A stretch of 57,802 nucleotides of DNA, counting the filler, from Basidiobolus meristosporus CBS 931.73 (Eukaryota; Fungi; Basidiobolomycota): assembly GCA_002104905.1 (NCBI GenBank). It is 3 parts of 3 records of this genome, joined end to end, with 100 filler letters (N's around TTAATTAATTAA, not from the genome) between each part and the next. Parts side by side here need not be neighbours in the genome. Positions count along the whole stretch, not along the records: positions 1 to 20,018 come from MCFE01001015.1; 2 more parts are not named here. One strand, given 5' to 3'. How positions within the stretch are numbered: the stretch's first letter is position 1; each line of letters opens with the position of its first letter. Shown here piece by piece: positions 1-10,808 of the stretch. The position numbers and the translations under genes were made by a program. The notes under the pieces are model-generated. The model did no database searches, was not told the DNA's origin, and saw only the letters and a list, made by a program, of their open reading frames with translations.

Positions 1-236
1 AAATCGGTCGGGTCTGCGAGAGAACGTCATTGGATATGATGGCATTTCATGTGACGGTGAATATTCCCCGTCAGGTGAGGTTAGGGTGGTGGTTGTAAGG
101 GTTTAGGGTGATTATTCTAGAAAGAATTTATTTCGTTGCATACAAAACGATATCCAAAATATAAAATACCATGAGATCTATACAAAAACATGTGTGGCTG
201 GGTGAGGGAAGATTTACAGAGATTAGGCGGCGAATA

Positions 237-2431
237 TTAGGCAGTGAGGGTGGTGTGTTCGAAGAGCTTCTCCTTGGGTGTGATCTCGATATCCCCGTAA
301 GGCTCGCTCTGCTTGACTTTCACTACATCCTTGGTTGAAAGGACCAGCAGTTCGAAGAAGAATTTCACTGCGTCGGTTCGGGTGGCTTGGCCGGCGATGT
401 TGCGGTACTTGAGGTTGGTGGTGGTTTCCATTCCTGGGTCAGCTGCCTTCTGAATCTCGCTTCGAAGCAAGTTCATGGTTTTGACGGTGGATTTACTGAA
501 CGCTGCTTCGGTGCCTGCTTCGGGCTCTTCGATTTCCTCGGCGTCAAAGATTTCAGATCGGCCCAAGTCTTGAGCGGTGTGTTCACTGATGAATGGCTGT
601 TCGGCAGAGATGGAAAGTGCGGGAGAAGCGGGGACCTGGGGTATTTCCTGTAGAAATTTGGTTATTCTAATCTGTTGATCAGATTCGATGTGGCGCAGGA
701 GCCTTACCTCGCCACCTTCTTCAGTACGCGCTTGCTCGGCAGAAATTTGCTCCTCGTGCTCAATACCGAAGATTTCGTCCTCGATGGGTGCAGGCTCACC
801 CAAATCAATGCCAGAGGTTTCTGGCTCCTCAACAGGAACAGAAGGCATCAGCTCTTCCTCGACTAAGAAATGGGTTAATATCATCCACATGTACTCGACT
901 AACGTAGACAGTACTTACTGTCCAATCCAAATGCCTCTCTGGATTCCTCAGCATCAGGCACTGTTTGTTGATCCTTGACCAAGTCCCTTGTGAATAAGCC
1001 CATCAACTCGGGCACCATATTCTGTGGGCCACCGAGCGACAAATAATACTGGGCTCCCTCGTCCTGGATTTGCTTCAGCCTCATCATTTTCTTGGAGACG
1101 GGAAGGTAGACCTCCTCTTGGGTGATGTCCGAAGTGTCTCTGAGCTGGCCGGAAATGTGGTCGCTGGGAAGCTCAATCACCTGATCAACAATGAGCTTTC
1201 TTTTTCTGGTCTGTCTGGAGATGATCCTTGCTGGTGCTACCATAGCTGGTGCTTCAAGCATGCTTTGCTCTACAATATTGAGGCGACTTTAACTTAATGT
1301 CCAATCCACCACAACCGTTACAATGATTCTACCTTGTTCTGGAATTTCCTCTTCGGGTGCACCCTGCTCTACAGCTATGGGCTCTTCGGGGCTAAAGAGG
1401 GATAAGTTAGAGAGGCTTCAAGAATCAACCAGCGGTGACATACTAACCGATCCAAACCAAGGTCCATATCGTCAAACAAATTCTCCTCTCCAGGCTTCGC
1501 CTCAAAGGAAAACTCTGGAAGTTCGCCCAGTGGCTCCATTCCAGGCTTTCCTTCGTCCAGAGTAATATCACCGGGGCCATCGATGGAGAAGGACAACTCT
1601 GGCTGGGCATCTCGACCGACTTCAATATCCATGGTGGAATCGTCGCCCAGCAGAGCGGGACGGAAATCGTCTTCCAAACCAAGGTCCAACTCTCTTCCCT
1701 CCTCAACTTCGAAACCCTGACCGAACAAATCATCCCGTCCTAAGCCCACGTCGATGGTGGCAGCGCCTAGGCCTTCCTGTAAGGTGATATCTTGTGGGCG
1801 AGAGACGATTTGGCTTTCTTGTGTGGGGGCCTCCAGAGCTTCCCAGTTTCTGGACAATTCGTAACCGTCAGTAAGAGTCAAAGCATCGGCAACGAAAAGT
1901 GCTACTCACTGAAGGTTGAAATCGGGGTCAGGTAACAAGATGTCGAACTCGGTAATGTTATCGGCGAGAGTGATGGTATTGAAGCTAGCTACTGCTTGTT
2001 CACTAGGCATATCAACCATACCGGGCCTAAAAGCCTAGAGTTTGGTTGCGTTAGTTTACCGCTGCCAAAAGTGCCAACCGTCCGACTCCGGGGGCGGGGA
2101 ACGTACCATTTTGATTTTGACTAACGCTTCGTTACAGTCTTCAAGTAGGTATCTGGCTTTACGAGAATAAATCCTGACAACACCAAGTAGAAGTTGTCCC
2201 GACAAACGTAAGGCCAGAGGGGGTTGGTCACCACCCACGATTGCACCTGTGAAAACAATCGGTATAAGCGAGGGCCCAGGTAGCCATCTACAGGGGGGAG
2301 CACTTACCAACTGAAGATTGAATGTTGGCCTGAAGGAATTGGGCTTTACTAAGCTTCCGCTCCCAATGAGCGGCTAGCCACACCTTCGCCAGCGGGCCTT
2401 TTTTGGACAAGATCGCTTCTGAATAAAACAT
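237..2431 (-). CDS. RAD21: Cohesin kleisin subunit Rad21/Scc1, 8 exons, ~588 aa
   Basis: GT-AG exons 2431-2308, 2246-2107, 2034-1910, 1849-1448, 1391-1333, 1269-919, 862-708 and 647-237 sum to 1767 nt. N-terminus [27 protein letters not shown]...[20 protein letters not shown]; C-terminal winged helix [11 protein letters not shown]...[10 protein letters not shown]; separase-type site IEVGR. Confidence 0.95.
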
Positions 2432-2914
2432 GCTGGTTTCTATTTACTGACAAGTAAACCAAAAATCGAACTGGTCCGAAGGAGGATAACTGTGGTTTAA
2501 AAAGGTCAAAAAGTCCCTCACACGCTAACGCGACCGTAAGGAGATAAGCAAGAAGATTGCGGGATTCGCTGGATATAAGCTGTATAGGTGTCGCGAAATA
2601 TCGTGTCAATTTGGATCACCTAACTCGGCGGACTTGTGGGTGGGCTGATTGGCCGACGTTGGTATATATATCTTTATTAATAACAAACTGTAAATCAACC
2701 GATCGTTTAGGAAATCCCCTCGACGACTACGGTCAACTGTGCATCGGGTTTCTTGTTTGCTCGAATGTATCATATAAACATATTCGACTGGATTCATTGG
2801 GCCAGCCGTTCAAGGAATAGGTGACACAGTAGATGGAATGTACATTGGGTATCAAAAGATAATGGACTATTTATTGCCTGAAATGTGGTTTAACTTTAAT
2901 TCAAATCAATGCAT

Positions 2915-3518
2915 CTAGGCGGTGGCTTCCTCCTTCTTCTCCTCTTCCTTGGAGGCCTCCTCGCTGTTAAAGCAAAGGTTTAGCACGTGTCGCATAAAGA
3001 ATATCCATTAATGCTACTCTTACAAGTTCTCGACAAGTTCGGGGACTTCTTCGTCGTTCTCCTCGGCGATAGCTCCCTCGGCTTGTTGGTAAGCTTCGGC
3101 GAGTCTGCGAAGGCTGGCAAGGGACTCGGGGCCGAGTTGGTGGAGGATTCCGGGAATGAGCTCGGTGAGTTCCTTGTCTTCACCCTTACCAGAGATCACG
3201 AAAGTGTTGGATTGGATGGAAGCAGCAACTATAAGCATAAAACATGTGGTTGATTAGCTTCGTTGGACGCGATCGAGGTCTCGTGAGTCATTCCGTACCC
3301 TTGGGAGAGGTGAAGTGGAGGACCTTTCCGTCATCCTTGAACATGTTGACTTCGTCAATGGCAGGGATAGGTTGGACGTTGAGCTTCTTGATAACTCCTT
3401 GAAGCTTCTTGTCGTCGGTACCGGCAGCCTTGGTGGCCTTCTTGACCTTACGGCGGGGAGTTCCCTTACCACCGATACGGACTTGGGATTGCAATTTGGC
3501 GAGTTTTTCGGGGTTCAT
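2915..3518 (-). CDS. EGD1: Nascent polypeptide-associated complex beta subunit (BTF3), 3 exons
   Basis: Exons 3518-3299, 3228-3024, 2963-2915. [24 protein letters not shown]...[14 protein letters not shown]...VPELVENF. Confidence 0.95.
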
Positions 3519-3852
3519 GTTCGATTCTAAGACGTGCAAAGGGGATGGGTTAGCGCTCGGTCGTGCGGGTCGACTGGGAATTGGATGGATTCAACGCGAC
3601 ATCATGATTGATTCAACATACCGTTTACCAACAACCTTAAAGGATGGCCTCAAGAAAGGGTTAGGAAAGAGTGGATAATGTGGTGTTTGATTGCTTCAAA
3701 TCCCTTTTCCGGGGTGCACCCCTATTTTCGGGAGGCACGGCTGATTCTACTAGATCTCAAAAATCATCTTCGTCATCCAAAAGTCAATTCGTGCTAAATC
3801 ATGCTCCTGATATATGTTCCAACTCAAATGTTGTCAAGACGCAAAAAAAAAT

Positions 3853-3934
3853 TGATGAGAGTGGGGTTCGAACCCACGCCTCCGAAGAGACTGCGACCTG
3901 AACGCAGCGCCTTAGACCACTCGGCCATCTCACC
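3853..3934 (-). tRNA. tRNA-Leu(CAG), intronless
   Basis: GGTGAGATGGCCGAGTGGTCTAAGGCGCTGCGTTCAGGTCGCAG...GTGGGTTCGAACCCCACTCTCATCA: cloverleaf with long variable arm, followed by a T9 Pol III terminator. Confidence 0.95.
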
Positions 3935-4292
3935 TTGCGTTTTTTCGTGATCTAAATTGGAACACCAATATTGTATTTCCAACTCTGCCATTTTGCAACT
4001 AGTATTCTACCTTAATCCAATGCTCAATACTTGCGGATGACATACTACCATATCCTGTCGAAATAAACCAGCACTAGCCTTGTAAAAGTTCAACACAGGA
4101 TCAGATTGGATTACTTTCTATTGATTTAGTAATCAAACAATCTTGAAGCACGCGGTATTGTGCTGTCCTTCAAGCACTTGAAATTTACAAGTAGGCGTAC
4201 TAAAATATATCAGACGCTTAAGTTTAAATAAGTACACAAGTACAGGTCGTACTACATATTTAATTTGATTGTTGAATAATAGGTGGGTAATA

Positions 4293-4521
4293 TCAAGCTG
4301 TCAGAATGTGCAAACCGTCCTCGCCAGGCTGTTGGAATAATCAACCGGCAAGTTCATCAACTGAGTAGGTCCTATGGCCCCGAAGGGCCGATCGGTCACT
4401 ACTCACACTTCCCTTTACGGACAGCGCACTACATCTCATCTACCAGCTTGGTATTAGTGTCTTTGTTGGGAAACAAAGACTGGGAATGTACTATATACAT
4501 AATCCTGTAAAGTACAGTCGT
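4293..4521 (-). ncRNA. U3 snoRNA (box C/D), copy 1, no intron
   Basis: 5' ACGACTGTACTTTACAGGATTA (GAC box/box A'/box A), box C' GTAGATGA (4443-4436), box B-like GAAGTGTGAG, box C TTGATGA (4360-4354), box D CTGA (4304-4301), terminal stem CAAGCTG/CAGCTTG. Ends approximate. Confidence 0.85.
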
Positions 4522-4547
4522 GAGGAACAACCCATACCCACGCACCA

Positions 4548-4555
4548 TATTTATA
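4548..4555 (-). promoter_or_regulatory. TATA box of U3 copy 1
   Basis: TATAAATA starts 34 nt upstream of the predicted U3 5' end. The paralog has a TATA at the same distance despite diverged flanks. Confidence 0.65.
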
Positions 4556-4997
4556 CTTTCCACTCCGAAAAAATTTTCTCCAACGGACGGAAAAAATCGA
4601 CGATTCGATTGCAAACATTTCTTATCCCACACCAAATCGATCCATCACGCATAACCAAACGACATATTTGGGCGGATGTGGGGGAATTTTTGGATGCTCA
4701 ATCAACACTCCTTCGAAGTCTCGTGTGGCAAGTGATGTGGATTTGAATGTTGACACTACCGTAATGGAACAACCAAATCTTGACGTGATTGTGTTATGAA
4801 TACCATGATAGTGATATCATCGTACCTAACCCCAAGTCTTACAAAGTATCCCAGAGTGCTTCATATTTTTCTTGAGCTTATTACCTACTATTGTTGTCTT
4901 TACGGCAATCGACTCTTTACAAAACGTTCCTTGAGCTTGTAGCGAGATATCAATCAGACTTTTCGAGTGTCCAAAATTCAATGGCACAAAAGAACTA

Positions 4998-5070
4998 CGA
5001 CCCAGGTGGGGGTCGAACCCACGACTTTCTCCTCCGGAGGGAGACACTCTTTCCACTGAGCTACAGGGCC
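4998..5070 (-). tRNA. tRNA-Arg(CCG)
   Basis: GGCCCTGTAGCTCAGTGGAAAGAGTGTCTCC-CTCCGGA-GGAGA...GTGGGTTCGACCCCCACCTGGGTCG: 73-nt cloverleaf, one T:T mismatch in the acceptor stem, downstream T4. Confidence 0.9.
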
Positions 5071-5767
5071 ACTCATTGGTTTTGGAGTAAGAAACAAACT
5101 AACCTCAAATGACGGCATAAACAAAATTTTAGTTTTAGGAAGTTTACGAGTATATAATAACTACAACATCTTGAGAGGTACTCTTATACTACTATTTCGA
5201 ATCTACACAATTTTCCTCAAGTTATTAATCAGGGGACTAGCACTTCAATTTCCTAGTAGTTTTTACTGCGCAAAGAGCCAGATAGGAATACCATCATGTT
5301 AAGATATGCCCGAAAATAAGGCAAACTTCAGATCGCTGGAGCAGAACGAATGTATAATATCAGTAGAAGCGCTTTATTTCATGTAATCACAAATGATTTA
5401 TTTCTGGTTTAAAGAAACGTATCATTGAACTTTTGACTTTATGTGCGTAAGCGATGCTTTATTTCCATGTTAAAAAACGTCCCTTGCTCCTATATCACAT
5501 AAAATTATAGTGACACATATTTAGTAATATATGTAGGGCGTGAGACGGGTAGTTACCAACCAAAAACACAATACTTGCATTAGTCACTTGGGCCAAAAAT
5601 CGATATCGCTTTCAATTTAAGGGACCAGCTCAAAATATTGGCTGCCCAACCCATTCACTGAATCCTTTTTAGATTCCGGTGGAACTAGTGTAAAATAGAG
5701 TATGAATCGCTTAATTCATGGCTAGTTTAAAATATCTGACATTTCTCAAGAAAGATAAAGCAAAAAG

Positions 5768-5849
5768 TGATGAGAGTGGGGTTCGAACCCACGCCTCCGG
5801 AGAGACTGCGACCTGAACGCAGCGCCTTAGACCACTCGGCCATCTCACC
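5768..5849 (-). tRNA. tRNA-Leu(CAG), second paralog
   Basis: Identical to 3853-3934 except one variable-arm base; T5 terminator. Confidence 0.95.
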
Positions 5850-6865
5850 ATCCTCTTTTGATTCCCAACTTAAATAGGTCTTGAGAATAAGGGGTAGGCT
5901 GAAGTCGTGCCCATCGCTCACTTTGTTCAAACATCAACCAATGCTGTAAATGACTGTCGATCTTGTCAGATATTTGGATATTATTCGGACACCAATCTAT
6001 CACTAATTTATCACTAAATACTTTTTCAAGTATACAGTGTATAAGACTTCGGGAGAATCACCAGCAAGCCAGCCTCGTACACAGGTATCTTCTCACCCAG
6101 ACTCCGGGGTAACCTTTACTGTAGATACAACTGGGAAGTGTATTAACGTATCCACTTGAATTGTGTGAAGAGCCATCTTATGTGAGTCTTGGATGGTTTA
6201 TATCTTGTCCCACTGTACCTTGCTCTGGGTACACTATCCCTTCATTCGATGTGGTTGTGCCACTAGTTAGAGACCTGATTCCAAAAGACTAACTTTTGTG
6301 TTGTACTAAATATTATTGCATGCCATTGTCGTGGTACCAGGGCCTCTCAACATTCTGCTGATACTTGCCACTTCCTATTGCTGTATTTGTGAGCGTTCGA
6401 ACCTATGAGAGGTACACTTGAATTTCTATCTTTACCGTTTTAGAAGTCCAAGTATTTTGTATCTATCTAATGTGCAGTACTGGTGAATCAGTGGCCCCAG
6501 TGTCTAACTAGCACTAGCCTCATGTAGTTCAGCATAGACTCAACTTGGAGATGTTGTGTTGACTACTGACTCAATCAGCTAATGTTGCTGATTAAAAACC
6601 GTATACACCCGATCATTCTATCGATTTAAACACGCTTAAGTAATGTTCTAGTAGTATTCATACAACTGATATTAGATATTAGGTGGGTAATATTGTGCGG
6701 ATTACTGGCCCAATTATCAATTATACGCGCGTGTAAATGAGCATTCATCAATCACGCTATAGATTTGACACTATACCATCGTAGTTGCGCAATAGATATT
6801 CCAATTTATCATTTAGCCAAAAATCTTATAATTTGGTTTGTTTGTTGAATAAAAGGTGGGTAATA

Positions 6866-7094
6866 TCAAGCTGTCAGAATGTGCAAACCGTCCTCGCCAG
6901 GCTGTTGGAATAATCAACCGGCAAGTTCATCAACTGAGTAGGTCCTATGGCCCCGAAGGTCCGATCGGTCACTACTCACACTTCCCTTTACGGACAGCGC
7001 ACTACATCTCATCTACCAGCTTGGTATTAGTGTCTTTGTTGGGAAACAAAGACTGGGAATGTACTATATACATAATCCTGTAAAGTACAGTCGT
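6866..7094 (-). ncRNA. U3 snoRNA, copy 2
   Basis: Differs from 4293-4521 by one base; same boxes and terminal stem. Confidence 0.85.
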
Positions 7095-7120
7095 AAGGAA
7101 ACATCTAATCGCAAACCGGT

Positions 7121-7128
7121 CTTTTATA
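7121..7128 (-). promoter_or_regulatory. TATA box of U3 copy 2
   Basis: TATAAAAG starts 34 nt upstream of the predicted U3 5' end. Confidence 0.65.
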
Positions 7129-7339
7129 CCTTTGGGAGGGGAAAATGTTCTGACAATAGGGAAAAATAACACTTATCCCATCAACACCATATTTACAATC
7201 ACCCACAAAATTAACCAAATCAGGTATAGGTTAGGCAGAGTTTGATGGTCTAGTCCCTTCGCTTGTCAGTAAAAGCGAAGTCATGTATCATTCTTTCCCA
7301 AATCATTGACTTCTCCTTCACTCAAGATACCTTCCCAGT

Positions 7340-7644
7340 ATGCATCCTCATTTGGCCAAACATAAGCTCAGAGATTGTTTGGAGGCCATTTATGACCTTG
7401 AGGAATGTCACATAGAGCACCCCTATGGTAAGTACTTTGGAATCTGCAACTCCTTCAAGAATGCCCTGAATGGTTGCCTAGGTGAAGAGGTTTGTATCGT
7501 TGTTTATTCTCGTCACTCAATAGAAATAAGAAAACTCATTGATATTCTTAGTTTGACGAAAGACGTAAGCTCAACGCTGCCAACGCCCGTGCAAAGAGAG
7601 AGAGAGTGGAGAATGTTTGGAAAGAGATCGACGAAGAGGAGTAG
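7340..7644 (+). CDS. CMC2: Twin CX9C mitochondrial COX assembly protein, Cmc2-like, 80 aa, 2 exons
   Basis: Exons 7340-7489 and 7552-7644. MHPHLAKHKLRDCLEAIYDLEECH...CNSFKNALNGCL has two CX9C motifs and the MHPHL start typical of Cmc2. Confidence 0.85.
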
Positions 7645-7844
7645 ACTCCTTTGGCATATGACCCAAGCATCGTTAGATGTGCATTGTACATTTACTTGAG
7701 CCTACAACCCAAAACATCACCCGCTATCTACCAAAAAAATTATTCCATGTTGGGCTATTCCGTAATCATTTGATCACGAATGACCATCAACACGTCTAAT
7801 AAACTCCCTTTCCAGCTGGTATCTCTTCAGTTTGTATTCTTCTC

Positions 7845-8326
7845 ATGCAAGACAGCCATCTGATACCAAAGGTTCGTATCTCCCTCTCAAGTGTGCATTC
7901 TATTTGCAGCAATAACTGTGGTATGTTTAGTTCACCCAGATCTATGATGAACAGACGCAGACGTGGAAGTATCCTACTGTTCACTACCTGTTTCAGGACG
8001 AGGGGTTACCCGAAGAGCTAGATAACGAGCAGTGCATTGTGGTGGATTTGTCTGAGGATGGTGAACATGTGTCCCAGGTGCGCTCATATAGCTCTAGTTT
8101 CCAGGTTACCGAATGCCGAACCACTGTCAACACCTCGAAAACCGACAAGAAAGAGACCACCTTGAACCTCACCATCCACGGGATCTCCAAACGGAAAAAC
8201 GTGGAGTTGCCGCTGGAAGACTCCCTGGAGCCGCACCAGTTTAACGCCAATATTGATAGCATGATGAATTCTTTCTTAGCTAGACAGAGTTATCTCAAGA
8301 AAGCTTTTATAAATCAACAACCATAA
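7845..8326 (+). CDS. Conserved hypothetical protein, Atg31-like, ~137 aa, 2 exons
   Basis: Exons 7845-7871 and 7940-8326 join in frame. IYDE...YPTVHYLFQDE...CIVVDLSEDG...SYSSSFQV and a C-terminal helix resemble yeast Atg31 motifs as recalled; not verified by search. Confidence 0.55.
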
Positions 8327-8454
8327 ATTCCCCTCAAACCAACCTCAAATTGTGACTTGCCCAAACTAATTAATCAATGTGGATAATTTTATGTGAACAC
8401 CTCTGAATTTATAGCCCAGCATTGGTGTGGCTTCGTTTGATCAACCACTTTCCC

Positions 8455-9931
8455 ATGAGCTTCCTCTTTAAGCCTAAACCAAAGTCCCCTCAATTAATTG
8501 TACAGAGCGTGAGGGATTCCCTATATCGTATCGATGGCCCAGACTGGAAGAAGGTCTGATTCATTTCCTCTCATCTGGGTGTCAGTTGCTTTGTTTAGCT
8601 CATGTCGCTATGTTCGTTGTAGGCCACTGACGAGGTGACGAAAACCCTGCAAATCCTGAGGGAGATGTTGAAAGAGGGCGACGGTACACACTTGGGTTAA
8701 ACCTTCCTTCCACTCTATTTGCTTATGCAACTCCAACCTCATTCAGCCACGCAGGTTGCGCAAGAGATACATAAAGCGGATCTCTTGCAACTTCTCATCC
8801 TGAAACTGCCCAGTCTTGAGTTCGAGGTAAATGCGACAGCAACTTCCACCAACCTGTTCACATGCGCTTACACAAAGCGGTAGACGAAAAAAGACGTGGT
8901 CAGCATATTCGGTCTACTCTTGCGAAGCCAGCTTGGTCATAGACACCCGACCGTTGATTATCTTTCGGAGAAATCGCACACGCTGTTCGCCATACTTCAC
9001 GGGTACGTACACCATCGTTGGCCGTAGTCCAGCAGGTTGATTAACTTTGCCCCAGCTTTGACAACCCCGAGATCGCATTGAACTGTGGCACGATACTGAA
9101 GGATTGTGTGAAATACCCGCCTCTGACCAAAGTGCTGCTAGATAGTCCGGAGTTTTATAAATTTTTCAAATACATTCAATCAGATACCTTTGACATCTCA
9201 AGCAATGCATTCTCCACATTCAAGGTGAGCTCAACAAACATACCTCCTGCTCCTCCGATGGTAACCGTCATATCCAGGATATCCTGACCCGCCAGAAAGA
9301 GTTATCCTCCACATTCCTAGTAAAGGAATATGACAAAGTAAGTGGGCATGTATCTGCATTGACGCCAGTGAAAGCTAACCACCCATCAGTTCTTTGAGCA
9401 CTTCTATCAGCTGTTAATGTCCGCCAACTACGTGACCAAACGACAGTCGTTAAAGGTAATGGTACAACGAGGAAGGCAAGGCCCGATTTCGCGACTAACC
9501 CGACGCATAGCTTTTGTCGGAGATCCTGATGAGCCGTACGAATTTTGAGGTGATGACCAGGTTTATTGGATGTCCAGAGAATCTGAAGACGATCATGAAC
9601 CTACTCCATGACCCAAGCAAGAGCGTCCAGATCGAAGCGTACCATGTGTTTAAGGTACTGGCTACACTCATCCACCCCAAGCCTCCCTAACACCCCACCC
9701 CCACCAGGTCTTCGTTGCCAACCCGCACAAACCACCTGCAATCGCCGAGATCCTGCGAAAGAATCAGGAGAAATTGGTGGCCTACCTCAATAATCTAAGC
9801 GATGGTCGAAACGGTAAGGGCCAGGGCGTTTATGCGGCCGTTGATCTGGTTGATTAATTCTCTACTTAGATGAGATGAAGTTTAACGAGGAAAAGACCTA
9901 CCTGCTCCGAATCATTCACCAATTAACGTGA
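8455..9931 (+). CDS. HYM1: MO25/Hym1 (CAB39) scaffold protein, multi-exon
   Basis: Spliced segments MSFLFKPKPKSP, LEFETKKDVVSIF, IALNCGTILKDC, TFDISSNAFSTFK, NYVTKRQSLK, QIEAYHVFKVFVANP, FNEEKTYL are MO25 family motifs; TGA ends at 9931. Confidence 0.93.
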
Positions 9932-9951
9932 ATCAATGCTTTCACCCCATC

Positions 9952-9991
9952 ATCCCCCCTCACCCCTCACCCCTCACCCTCCCCTCACCCT
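9952..9991 (+). repeat. (CACCCCT)n micro-/minisatellite
   Basis: Tandem 7-mer. The duplicate (~56338-56384) has one extra unit, which accounts for the offset change from 46386 to 46393. Confidence 0.75.
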
Positions 9992-10136
9992 ACTGTTGCG
10001 GATGCTGAAGAAAAATTAGATCAGGTCCCCAGTCAGAATTTTATTAAAAGAAGTGCCGGATTGTTCGGCAACTCCCTTTCTTTTGATTCTTGCGAATAAA
10101 CGAATCTTTCTTCCTTCGTTTCGCATTCATATTACC

Positions 10137-10719
10137 ATGAAGTAGGTGGAGTTCATTGCAGCTAGATGAGAACCATCCATCAACCCCTAACCCATCGACT
10201 TCCTCTAGGATCGAACTCTGCTCCTTCTCCGGCTACAAGATCTACCCTGGTCATGGTAGACTCTTCGTTCGTTCTGACAGCAAAGTAAGTCCCCATCCCA
10301 TCTCATCGCCTCAGTGGAGCCACGTTGGCTAACCGGATGGCCCCTAGGTTTTCCGCTTTGTTGACTCCAAGACCGAGTCCCTCTTCCAACAACGCATGAA
10401 CCCCCGTAAAATCAGCTGGACCGTTGTCTTCCGTCGCATGCACAAGAAGGGTATCACCGAGGAAGTCGCCAAGAAGCGTACCCGTCGTACCGTCAAGCAC
10501 CAACGTGCCGTCGTCGGTGCCTCCTGGGAAGCTATCCGCGCCAAGCGTAACCAAAAGCCTGAGGTTCGTGCTGCTGCTCGTCAAGCCGCCATCCGCGATG
10601 CCAAGGACAAGAAGAAGGCCGAACAGACCAAGAAGAAGGAGATCCGTGCTTCTCAACCCAAGATCTCCAAGCAACAAGCCAAGGGTGCCCGTCCCGTTGT
10701 TGCCGCCAAGAGCCGTTAA
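10137..10719 (+). CDS. RPL24: 60S ribosomal protein L24 (eL24), 3 exons
   Basis: ATGAA|GTAGGT micro-exon, then [26 protein letters not shown]|VFRF...[18 protein letters not shown]. Confidence 0.96.
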
Positions 10720-10808
10720 GAGGTGTTCGGAACTCTAAATAAACTCTACCGAGACCTCGTTCTCGTTATGTCGTAGATGGTGATTTTGTGTGTAAGTTCT
10801 AGGAATGG

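Noticed and set aside
76-110. TTAGGG-like motifs near the window start, and (AGGGGTG)n at ~9952-9991 on the minus strand
   Set aside because: Too short and irregular for a telomere, and both recur internally in copy 2; simple low-complexity sequence.
648-707. In-frame segment [20 protein letters not shown] within the Rad21 ORF
   Set aside because: It is a 60-nt stop-free intron (GTAAGG...CTACAG), not a protein insertion; a K/Q difference between the copies falls inside it.
4283-4510. 75-aa ORF MGNIKLSECANRPRQ... present four times (also 6856, 50611, 53244)
   Set aside because: It is the antisense of U3 snoRNA, starts at GTG, and is conserved only because the RNA is.
6395-6403. B-box-like GTTCGAACC upstream of the second tRNA-Leu
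   Set aside because: No A box or cloverleaf, and the motif is altered in the duplicate copy.
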